Below, piece by piece: positions 18,974 through 26,950 of a stretch of DNA of 46,385 bases. This DNA is from Alphaproteobacteria bacterium. GTDB lineage: Bacteria; Pseudomonadota; Alphaproteobacteria; SMXQ01. Under the pieces are notes generated by a model. That model had not been told where the DNA came from and made no database searches. It saw only the letters and a program-made list of their open reading frames with translations. Positions within the stretch are counted from its first letter, which is position 1, and each line of letters opens with the position of its first letter. Made by a program: the position numbers and the translations under genes. Where the stretch lies: positions 1-46,385 of the forward strand of contig JBLHLO010000001.1 in the NCBI GenBank assembly GCA_047621105.1, in the 5' to 3' direction.

Positions 18974-21271
18974 ATGACGAAGATGATTTCTCCAAAAGAT
19001 TTTGCATTCTCCCGCCGCCGCCTGTTGCAAGGGGCCGGTGCCCTGGTGGTGACCGCTGCCGCACCGGTGGTGGCGAGCAGCAAGGCCAAGTCCGCTATGG
19101 CGGCGTTTGGCTCGACGGTGAAGCCGAAACTCATGCCTGATCAGCTCGATAGTTTTATTGCCATTACCGCCGACGGCCATGTCACCGCCTTTTTCGGCAA
19201 AATGGATATGGGTCAGGGTATCGACGTGGCGATTTCTCAGATTGTCGCTGATGAGCTCGACGTGAAATACGAAAAGGTTGTGACCCAGCTTGGTGATACC
19301 GCGACCTCGGTCAACCAAGGCGGCGCCTCGGGCTCGACCGCGGTGCAACGGGGCGGCAAGGCGATGCGGGCGATTGCCGCAGAAGCGCGCCGGGTGTTGG
19401 TGGTTGAGGCCGCCAAGCGGCTTGGTGTCGATCCCAAATCCCTGGAAGTTAATGACGGGGTGGTCAGCGTCAAAGGGAATGGCGCCAAGAAGATTTCCTA
19501 CGGGGAAATTCTTCAGGGCAATTATTTCAACCACAAGCTCAAGTGGAACAAGAAATACGGCAATAGCCTTTTCGCTTCGGGTCCGGCCAAGCCCAAAAAA
19601 CCATCCGAGTATCGGGTGGTGGGTAAATCATTCCCGCGCACCGACATTCCGGGCAAGGTGTTCGGCACCACCGACATGGTCACCGATGTCAAAATTCCCG
19701 GCATGGTCCATGGCCGCGTTATTCATCCAGAAAAAGCGGGAGCGGCGCCGAAAGGCTTTGATGCCGCTTCCATCAAGCACATTAAGGGTGCCAGGGTTGT
19801 CCATCAAAAGGGCTTCATTGGCGTCGTTGCCGATAGTGAATGGGACGCTATTCGCGCGTCGCAGGAACTGAAGGTCCAATGGTCCGATGGTGGTAAACCT
19901 TTCCCCGATCAGAAAGATTTGTACGATCACATTCGTAAGGCCAAGGTGATCGCCAAGAAGACCGATACAAAGAAAGGCGACATCGACGGCGCGCTTAAAG
20001 GGGCGGCCAAGACGATCAAGGCTGAATATGAATTCCCCTTCCAGTCTCATGCGTCCATGGGGCCGGCCTGCGCGATCGTTGATGCCAATCCGAACAATCC
20101 TGTGGTCTGGACCGGCTCACAAAAGCCCCATTACAACGCGGCGGGTGTCGAAAAGATGCTCAAGCTGGCGAAGGGTTCCGTGCGCGGTGTCTGGGTGCCG
20201 GGGCCGGGCTGTTATGGCCGCAATGACGCGGGCGATGCGGCCATGCAGGCTGCCGTCCTGTCCAAGGCGGTTGGTAAGCCGGTACGTATTCAGGGCATGC
20301 GCCATGAAGGCATTGCCTGGGACCCGAAGGGGCCCGCTTCGGTGCATTTTGCCCGTGGTGGGGTGGATGCGAACGGCAATGTCGTTGCCTATGAATTCCT
20401 GTCCAAGGGATTTGACCGGCAGGACGTGCGCTCCAACGAATCCAATCCGCGCGATAATCTCGCCGGGCAGCAGTTGGGGGCCAAGCTGAAGCCGCGGAAG
20501 TTCTTCCGGTCGCCGGAAGATACTTACGATTTCCCGGCACGCCAAATGGGCTGGCAGGTGATCCCGCCGTTCATTACGCGGTATTCACCTCTCAGGACGT
20601 CGCATTTGCGCGATCCCCTGGGGCCGCAGATCCAGTTCGCCTGTGAGCAATTCCATGACGAACTGGCGGAGTTGGGCGGTATGGACCCAGTTGCCTATCG
20701 CTTGAAGTATCTGAGTGACGCCCGCGACCGCGACCTCATCAAGGCGGTGGCAGATAAGGCCGGCTGGAAGCAGCGGGTCGGTCCCAACAAGGGCCAAGGT
20801 GGGAAGAACACGGTCAGCGGCCGTGGCATCGCCTACGCGTTGCGCAGCGGCACCCGTGTCGCCATTGTTGCTGAGGTCGAGGTGGACAAACCCACCGGCC
20901 GGGTCTGGGTCCGCAAATTTACCGTGTCCCATGACTGCGGGTTGATCATTAACCCCGATGCCTTGAAGCTTTGTATCGAGGCTAATTTGGTTATGGCGAC
21001 CAGCCGGACCTTGTTCGAAGAAGTGATGTTCGAACGTGATCAGGTGACCAGTGTCGACTGGGCAACCTATCCGATCCTCGAAAGCGTGGATACGCCGGAA
21101 GCGATCGATGTGGTGCTGATCAACCGGATTGAACAGCCGGCTACCGGTGCCGGCGAAGGATCGACACGCCCGGTCTCGGCGGCGATTGCCAACGCGGTCT
21201 ACGACGCCATCGGCGTGCGCATCCGCCGCGGCCCGTTGACGCCCGAACGCGTCAAGGCAGCGCTCGGCTGA
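18974..21271 (+). CDS. Molybdopterin-binding large subunit (IorB type) with a twin-arginine signal peptide
   Basis: I moved the start to MTKMISPKDFAFSRRRLLQGAGALVVTAAAPVVA (ATG 18974, SD AAGGGAGGG upstream). It has an SRRRLL Tat motif and the motif MDMGQGIDVAISQIVADELDV. Confidence 0.9.
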   Translation: MTKMISPKDFAFSRRRLLQGAGALVVTAAAPVVASSKAKSAMAAFGSTVKPKLMPDQLDSFIAITADGHVTAFFGKMDMGQGIDVAISQIVADELDVKYEKVVTQLGDTATSVNQGGASGSTAVQRGGKAMRAIAAEARRVLVVEAAKRLGVDPKSLEVNDGVVSVKGNGAKKISYGEILQGNYFNHKLKWNKKYGNSLFASGPAKPKKPSEYRVVGKSFPRTDIPGKVFGTTDMVTDVKIPGMVHGRVIHPEKAGAAPKGFDAASIKHIKGARVVHQKGFIGVVADSEWDAIRASQELKVQWSDGGKPFPDQKDLYDHIRKAKVIAKKTDTKKGDIDGALKGAAKTIKAEYEFPFQSHASMGPACAIVDANPNNPVVWTGSQKPHYNAAGVEKMLKLAKGSVRGVWVPGPGCYGRNDAGDAAMQAAVLSKAVGKPVRIQGMRHEGIAWDPKGPASVHFARGGVDANGNVVAYEFLSKGFDRQDVRSNESNPRDNLAGQQLGAKLKPRKFFRSPEDTYDFPARQMGWQVIPPFITRYSPLRTSHLRDPLGPQIQFACEQFHDELAELGGMDPVAYRLKYLSDARDRDLIKAVADKAGWKQRVGPNKGQGGKNTVSGRGIAYALRSGTRVAIVAEVEVDKPTGRVWVRKFTVSHDCGLIINPDALKLCIEANLVMATSRTLFEEVMFERDQVTSVDWATYPILESVDTPEAIDVVLINRIEQPATGAGEGSTRPVSAAIANAVYDAIGVRIRRGPLTPERVKAALG

Positions 21272-21292
21272 TCATCAAGTATTGAGTGATGG

Positions 21293-21325
21293 AAACGGCG
21301 GGCCTTGGCCCGCCGTTTCTCTTTT
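21293..21325 (+). terminator. Rho-independent terminator after the second Mo-hydroxylase operon
   Basis: AAACGGCGGGCC-tt-GGCCCGCCGTTT forms perfect 12-nt arms, followed by CTCTTTT. Confidence 0.75.
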
Positions 21326-21385
21326 GCCCAGACGCTGAAAACGTTAGGGTCGGGATCGCCGCTCTCACCGATGACAGGAAACGCC

Positions 21386-21942
21386 ATGAGTAAAATTTCT
21401 CCGCTCTCTGAAGCTGAAATGAACCCAGATCAGCTTGCCTTATCGGCGCGCATTGGCGGGTCACGTTCGGGGGAAACGCGTGGGCCCTTCCCGGTATGGC
21501 TGAAATCGCCGGATCTTTTGGATCGGGTCAATGAGCTTGCGGTCTATTTCAAGGAAGAACGGGCGTTGCCCGCCCGGTTGCGTGAACTTGCCATCATGAT
21601 CAATGCCCGGCATTGGTCATCTGAATACCAGTGGCATGTTCATTTGCGTCATGCGAAGCGTCTTGGCTTGGATGCAGAGGCGATTAACGCCATCGCCCAA
21701 GGGAAAGCTGCTGACCTGACTGACCCGGCGGAGCGTGCGGTTTATGATTTTTGCCGTGAGACCCTGGGCTCGGGGTAAATTTCAGATGCGACCTATCAGG
21801 CGGCGCTTGAGGCCTTGGGAGAGCAAGGGGTGATTGAGCTTGTTTCGTTGATCGGTTTTATTCGCTGATCGCGGTCGCCATCAAAGGTTTCGATGTGGGG
21901 CTGCCGGATGGTATGCCCCCTTATTTGAAGAACCCAATCTGA
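21386..21942 (+). pseudogene. Carboxymuconolactone decarboxylase (CMD/AhpD-like) family gene disrupted by an in-frame TAA and a 1-nt frameshift
   Basis: The intact part runs from MSKISPLSEAEMN through RHWSSEYQWHVHLRHAKRLGLD to the TAA at 21776-21778. The same frame then continues as ISDATYQAALEALGEQGVIELVSLIGF up to the T-run at 21856-21859. Shifting frame there restores YSLIAVAIKGFDVGLPDGMPPYLKNPI*, with the stop at 21940-21942. That is the usual C-terminus of this family. Confidence 0.75.
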
Positions 21943-22042
21943 CGCAATTGTGATCATGGAGGGCCCTGCAGCCCCTCGATCAAGCCACACGGTATCCCCA
22001 TATTGGATATACTTATCCGGAACATCAGCCGAGGAGCCCGCC

Positions 22043-22438
22043 ATGACCGATAAAATCAAGAAAACACCTGCCGAGTGGCGCGCCGAGCTTTCGGACACGG
22101 CCTATCACGTGGCCCGTGAAAAAGGCACCGAGCCGGCCTTTACCGGCGCCTATTGGGATTGCCATGATCAGGGCACCTACCGCTGTGTGTGCTGTGGGGC
22201 GGATCTTTTTGCTTCGGACAATAAGTTTGACTCCGGCACCGGCTGGCCGAGCTTCACCGGAGCCGTAGCGGAAGGTGCGGTGGCGACCGAAACCGATACC
22301 GCTTATGGCATGATCCGCACCGAAGCGCTCTGTGCGCGTTGCGATGCGCATTTGGGCCATGTCTTTCCCGATGGGCCGCAGCCTTCGGGTCTGCGCTATT
22401 GCATCAATTCGGCATCGCTTAAGCTGGAAAAGAAATAG
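22043..22438 (+). CDS. msrB: Peptide-methionine (R)-S-oxide reductase
   Basis: I moved the start to MTDKIKK (ATG 22043, SD GAGGAG upstream). It has two CxxC zinc motifs (CVCCGADLF, CARCDAHLGHVF), GWPSF, and the catalytic RYCINS. Confidence 0.93.
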   Translation: MTDKIKKTPAEWRAELSDTAYHVAREKGTEPAFTGAYWDCHDQGTYRCVCCGADLFASDNKFDSGTGWPSFTGAVAEGAVATETDTAYGMIRTEALCARCDAHLGHVFPDGPQPSGLRYCINSASLKLEKK

Positions 22439-22439
22439 T

Positions 22440-22865
22440 TCAGGCTTCGGCCTTCAGTTTTGCCGCCTTGGCGCCGGCTAGGGCGCAAAATTCATCGTCG
22501 GGTGCCGTCGCCCCGGTCACGCCGATGGCCCCGGCGATCTCCCCCTTTGCGTCACGCACAAGTACGCCGCCGCGGACCGGGAAGTAATGATCGGACATGG
22601 CTTGCAGCGACGATACCAGGGTCGGATTGCGCGCCGCCTGTTCGGCGAGCCGCGTCGTGCCTTCGGCCCGCATGGCAGCGGACCAGGCCTTGCCGCGGGC
22701 AATGTCGAATCGGATCGGCGCCGCGCCATCCTCAGCGTGATAGCCCTGCACGTGGCCGCCGGCGGTGACCACGGCCACGGCCATGGGCGGCAGTTTCTTG
22801 CGGCGTGCAGTTTTCAGTGCGGTGTCGATGATGGTGCGGACTTGCTTGGCGGAAATGACGGCCAT
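22440..22865 (-). CDS. GlcG/HbpS-like (DUF336) haem-binding-fold protein
   Basis: I chose the 141-aa version starting at MAVISAK (ATG 22865..22863, SD GGGGAGG upstream). The motif GG.LV.D..GEI.GAIGV.GA is characteristic. The long N-terminal extension in the ORF track has non-protein-like composition. Confidence 0.8.
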   Translation of the reverse strand: MAVISAKQVRTIIDTALKTARRKKLPPMAVAVVTAGGHVQGYHAEDGAAPIRFDIARGKAWSAAMRAEGTTRLAEQAARNPTLVSSLQAMSDHYFPVRGGVLVRDAKGEIAGAIGVTGATAPDDEFCALAGAKAAKLKAEA

Positions 22866-22949
22866 TGATGCCTCCCCATGTGTTGTTGTGCGAATTTCCC
22901 CCGTTTTAGCATGCTTGACGGGTCTTGGCCGATGGGGATTGATGGGGCG

Positions 22950-23774
22950 ATGTTGGAAGATGTTACGACCCTCGTTCTGATCGCCGCTGCTCTTGGACTG
23001 ACGGCGGCGTTCGCCGGTTTGATGGCCGGGCTGCTTGGCATCGGCGGCGGCGTCGTCATCGTGCCCGTCCTTTATTATGTGGAAGGTCTGCTGGGGGTGC
23101 CCGAAGTGCACCGCATGCATCTCGCGGTCGGCACTTCGCTCGCCATCATTGTGGTCACGTCGATCGCCTCCGTGGGTCAGCACTGGCGGCTCAATGCGGT
23201 GGATAAAACGCTGCTTAAAGTCTATGGGCCCGGCGTGTTGGTTGGTGTCGGTATCGGCACGGGACTGGCCGCCGTGGTGAGCGGGGCTGTGTTAACTGCC
23301 GTGTTCGCCGTTTGTGCGCTGGTGGTTGCCCTCAACATGGCGACCGGTCAGCCGGCCCGCAAATTCGGTCCTGCCCTGCCGGGGCCGGCGGGCTCCGGGG
23401 CGCTGGGCCTGTTGACGGGGGTGGTGTCGACCCTGGCCGGGATCGGTGGCGGCGCCATGACCGTGGCAATCTTGACGCTTTATTCGGTGCCCATCCATAT
23501 TGCTGTGGGGACGGCCTCCGCCGTGGGCATCTTGGTATCGGTGCCCGGCGCCCTCGGCTTTGTTGGGATCGGCTGGGCTGTTGCCGATCTCCCGCCGGGG
23601 TCTTTCGGTTACGTCAATCTTGCCGTCATCGCTGTGATGGCACCTATGACCGCCCTCATGGCGCCGATCGGCGCGCGTCTTGCCCATCGATTGCCGAGCC
23701 GGGGTCTTGCCCGCATTTTTGCCGGTTTTCTTGGCCTTGCCGCCCTGCATATGCTGTGGAACCTGATCGCCTAA
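22950..23774 (+). CDS. TauE/SafE (DUF81) family anion-export membrane protein
   Basis: A polytopic membrane protein with the repeated G.LG.GGG motif (GLLGIGGGVV, TLAGIGGGAM). The start is uncertain; in-frame ATGs at 22932 and 22878 are also possible. Confidence 0.8.
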   Translation: MLEDVTTLVLIAAALGLTAAFAGLMAGLLGIGGGVVIVPVLYYVEGLLGVPEVHRMHLAVGTSLAIIVVTSIASVGQHWRLNAVDKTLLKVYGPGVLVGVGIGTGLAAVVSGAVLTAVFAVCALVVALNMATGQPARKFGPALPGPAGSGALGLLTGVVSTLAGIGGGAMTVAILTLYSVPIHIAVGTASAVGILVSVPGALGFVGIGWAVADLPPGSFGYVNLAVIAVMAPMTALMAPIGARLAHRLPSRGLARIFAGFLGLAALHMLWNLIA

Positions 23775-23863
23775 CCCCGCCGCTGCGTTGATGAAGGGCA
23801 TGGTTGCACAGGCACCCAGGACGCGCGATTGTAGGGCAAATAAAACACAGAGGGAGGCACATC

Positions 23864-24622
23864 ATGAGTGGGTCCATGAACCTAAATGGTATCCGCGGCG
23901 AACCTTATGGCTGGCGCGCGCGGATCGGATACACGTCCCCACCACTGACCAGCGAAGTTTTCCCCTATGAATTTTATAAGGTGGTGCCTGATGGCGTGTC
24001 GCTAGTCATTACCACGCTCGCCATCACCGTGCGGTCAACCGAAGAGGTGGATCAATCCTATGACATCTCCATGAAAGCGGCCGAACAGATGGCCGAAGCA
24101 GGGTGCGATGCCATCGTCTTGGGGGGGGTGCCGATCAACCTCGCCAAGGGGGTGGAGAATGCCGCCGCTATGATCACCGAGCTTGAGGCGAAATTAGGCA
24201 TTCCCGTCGCCACCTCGGCCTCGGCCCAGAAGGAAGCCTTTAAGCTGCTCGGTTGTAAGAAATTGGTGGTTGCGCACCCTTACAAGGACACCGATAACCA
24301 CCGTTTCGACGATTACGCGCAAAAATTCGGTGCGCAAGTACTTGGCACTCGTGCCTTTGGCGCGAACTTTAACCGCATTGGCGGTATTCCTGATGACGCC
24401 GCCCTGAACATGGCGCGTGATTTGATGAAGGCGCACCCCGACGCCGATACCATCATGTTCCCGTCCCCCCATTGGCCGGTGATTAATGCCATCCAGCCCT
24501 TGGAAGAAGAATTCGGCGTGACCGTCATGTCGTCTATCCAGGCGATTCTGTGGCAGGCGTTGCGCCTTGCCGGCATCAAGGATTCGATCTCCGGCTATGG
24601 CCAGTTGTTCGAGGCACATTGA
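23864..24622 (+). CDS. Arylmalonate decarboxylase / maleate cis-trans isomerase-like protein (Asp/Glu/hydantoin racemase superfamily), paralogue 1, with Ser at the C-domain catalytic position
   Basis: 252 aa, SD AGGGAGG upstream. It shares motifs with paralogues 2-4: RARIGYTSPP, PDGVSL, VLGGVPIN, PSPHWPV, GYGQLFEAH. The last resembles the C-terminus of Bordetella AMDase (GYGRLFDES) as I recall it. Confidence 0.8.
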   Translation: MSGSMNLNGIRGEPYGWRARIGYTSPPLTSEVFPYEFYKVVPDGVSLVITTLAITVRSTEEVDQSYDISMKAAEQMAEAGCDAIVLGGVPINLAKGVENAAAMITELEAKLGIPVATSASAQKEAFKLLGCKKLVVAHPYKDTDNHRFDDYAQKFGAQVLGTRAFGANFNRIGGIPDDAALNMARDLMKAHPDADTIMFPSPHWPVINAIQPLEEEFGVTVMSSIQAILWQALRLAGIKDSISGYGQLFEAH

Positions 24623-24642
24623 TCGTGGGGCCTCAGGTTGAG

Positions 24643-25374
24643 ATGAACCGCATTCATGGTCATCGTGCGCGCATTGGCTACACCGTTGCCGCCGTTACCA
24701 CCGAAGTTTATCCCATCGATTGGTATCGCATCGTGCCAGACGGCGTGTCGTTGATGATGATCACCTTACCCCTGGGCATGCGGTCCAAGGAGGATGTTGA
24801 AAAATGCTATCAGATATCCATCGATTCGGCCAAGACCATGGCTCGCGCCGGTGCTGATCTGGTGGTGCTGGGGGGCCTGCCGATTAACATCTCCAAAGGC
24901 GACGGCACGGTTGAGGAATTGATGGCGGATTTGACGCGCGAGGTGGGGGTTCCGGTATCGTCTTCGGCCGCGGCTCAGGTGGCGGCCTTTAAATGCCTTG
25001 ATTCGAAAAAAGTGGTGACGGTTCACCCCTTCCTTGAAGATCAAAACCCGCGCCATGAACGGACCATCGGCGACTTCTTCGGGCTGACCCCGGTCGGTGT
25101 CTTTGCGGGAGGCTCCAATTTGCTCGAGCTCGGCAAACTGACCCCGCAATCGGCACTCGATTGGGGCCGTGCTGCGCTCAAAGCGCATCCGGATGCCGAT
25201 ACCGTCTATTTTGGCTGTCCACACTGGACCGTTATCGATGCCATTGCGCCGCTAGAAGACGAATTTGGTGTCTCGGCGATGACATCGTTACAGGCTATTG
25301 CTTGGCATTCCATGCGTTTGTCCGGCGTCGATGATCGCATTCAGGGTTTTGGCCGGCTTCTTTCAGAATTTTAA
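24643..25374 (+). CDS. AMDase/maleate-isomerase-like protein, paralogue 2, with Cys retained (Cys192, TGT 25216-25218)
   Basis: 243 aa. Motifs are RARIGYTVAA, PDGVSL, VLGGLPIN, FGCPHWTV and GFGRLLSEF. An alternative GTG start at 25 (24625) lies 2 nt after the paralogue 1 stop. Confidence 0.8.
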   Translation: MNRIHGHRARIGYTVAAVTTEVYPIDWYRIVPDGVSLMMITLPLGMRSKEDVEKCYQISIDSAKTMARAGADLVVLGGLPINISKGDGTVEELMADLTREVGVPVSSSAAAQVAAFKCLDSKKVVTVHPFLEDQNPRHERTIGDFFGLTPVGVFAGGSNLLELGKLTPQSALDWGRAALKAHPDADTVYFGCPHWTVIDAIAPLEDEFGVSAMTSLQAIAWHSMRLSGVDDRIQGFGRLLSEF

Positions 25375-25388
25375 TCAGGGAGTGAATC

Positions 25389-26114
25389 ATGTACGGACAC
25401 CGTGCGCGGATCGGCTATTGCTCGCCGCCCTTCGTTACCGAAGTTTTTGCCTACGAGTTTTATAAGATGGTGCCCGATGGGGTGACCCTGATGATCACCA
25501 CGCTTGAGGTGGGCAACCAGTACACCCAACAGGCTTTCGACGGCAGCTTTGACCGCAGCTTGGCGGCGGCCAAATGCATGGGCGAAGCGGGGGCCGATGT
25601 GGTGGTGCTGGGCGGCAATCCGGTGAATCAGTCCCGCGGTATCGAAAATCTGCCGAAGATTTGCACCGATCTCGCCAAGGAAATAGGCACTAAGGTCATC
25701 GCCTCGACATTGTGTCAGAAGGAAGCGATGGAAAAGCTCGGTGTCAGCAAGGTTGCGACGGCGCATATGGCGGGCTCCGATCATATTGAGCGTCACCATC
25801 AGCAGATGCGCAACATGGGCTTCGACTCGGTGGCCGTTCTGGCACCTGAGCGCCACCCGCTCCTCCATTACGGCAAGATTTCCGAAGACGAGGCGTTGAT
25901 CCTTGCCCGTCAGCTCATGCAAGATTATCCGGAAACCGACTGCATCCACTTTGCTTCTGCTCATTGGCCGACCTGTTTTGCGATTGATAAGGTTGAGCAA
26001 GAACTGGGCGTCGCCGTCATGACCTCACAGCAGGCGATCGTCTGGAAAGCACTCCGGACGGCGGGGGTCGATGATAAAATTGATGGCTTCGGTCGTTTGT
26101 TCCGCGAGTTTTAA
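25389..26114 (+). CDS. AMDase/maleate-isomerase-like protein, paralogue 3, with Ser at the aligned catalytic position (Ser190)
   Basis: 241 aa, SD GGGAG upstream. Motifs are RARIGYCSPP, PDGVTL, VLGGNPVN, FASAHWPT and GFGRLFREF. Confidence 0.8.
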   Translation: MYGHRARIGYCSPPFVTEVFAYEFYKMVPDGVTLMITTLEVGNQYTQQAFDGSFDRSLAAAKCMGEAGADVVVLGGNPVNQSRGIENLPKICTDLAKEIGTKVIASTLCQKEAMEKLGVSKVATAHMAGSDHIERHHQQMRNMGFDSVAVLAPERHPLLHYGKISEDEALILARQLMQDYPETDCIHFASAHWPTCFAIDKVEQELGVAVMTSQQAIVWKALRTAGVDDKIDGFGRLFREF

Positions 26115-26123
26115 GGGGGTCCT

Positions 26124-26927
26124 ATGCCGATCAGCCGCGCCAATGGCGTCGATATCCATTACGAAGTGGCGGGCGCCGGGCCCGCCCTGGTGCTCATTCA
26201 CGCCATTCCCTTTGACCATACGTTGTGGCTCTATCAGGCGGCGCGTTTTTCCACTTGGTTTAAGGTCATATCCGTGGACCTACGGGGATTCGGCCGCTCG
26301 GCCAAGGTGACGGAAGACTACAGCTTCGAAGATATGGCCGGCGACGTGCTCGGTGTCATGGATGATGAAGGCGCGGCCAAGGCAGTGGTCATGGGTTGTT
26401 CAATCGGCTCGAAGCTAGCGTTGCTGCTCGGTGGGATGGCCTCGGAGCGGTTTTCTGCAGTGATCCAGGTGGGGGGTAATTCCGGTCCCCAGGATTTTGA
26501 GCGCCGCATTGCCGGCTACGGATCGGAACCGTTCTCCCCTTATCGGCGTGCGCATTTGCGTTTTGGCAATCGTGAAGGTTTCGGTGACACGCCGCTTGGG
26601 CTGTATCTCCACGATATGTTTTCCGAACGCGATCCCTGGCATGACCCGGCGGCGGTTGGCGCGGTGTTTCGGGCCTTATCGGCGGGTGACGCGCGGGGCT
26701 ACCTCGCCAATTACAAGCCGCCGGCATTGATCATCAATGGGGAATTCGATGGGGCCCGTCCGCGCGGTGAGGAAACGGCGAAGCTGATCCCGGGGGTTCG
26801 CCATCGGGTGCTGGCCGGTGCGGGGCATGCGTGCATGATTGAGGATCCCGCCGGATTCGATGCGCTGGTCATCGATTTTCTGCGTGATCACGGGCTGATG
26901 CCGGATATCAACGTGGATTATAAATAA
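26124..26927 (+). CDS. Alpha/beta-fold hydrolase
   Basis: 267 aa. It has HYEVAGAGPALVLIHA, the nucleophile elbow GCSIG (GxSxG), and a late GAGHACMIEDP (His) motif. It is embedded between paralogues 3 and 4, with a 9-nt gap upstream and a 23-nt gap downstream. Confidence 0.85.
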   Translation: MPISRANGVDIHYEVAGAGPALVLIHAIPFDHTLWLYQAARFSTWFKVISVDLRGFGRSAKVTEDYSFEDMAGDVLGVMDDEGAAKAVVMGCSIGSKLALLLGGMASERFSAVIQVGGNSGPQDFERRIAGYGSEPFSPYRRAHLRFGNREGFGDTPLGLYLHDMFSERDPWHDPAAVGAVFRALSAGDARGYLANYKPPALIINGEFDGARPRGEETAKLIPGVRHRVLAGAGHACMIEDPAGFDALVIDFLRDHGLMPDINVDYK

Positions 26928-26950
26928 GCAAAAGATAAAAGGAGAATCCC

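Noticed and set aside
21796-22098. A 100-aa minus-strand ORF between the CMD remnant and msrB.
   Set aside because: It is antisense to the frameshifted C-terminal part of the CMD-family pseudogene and to the msrB 5' end. It has no SD or motifs.
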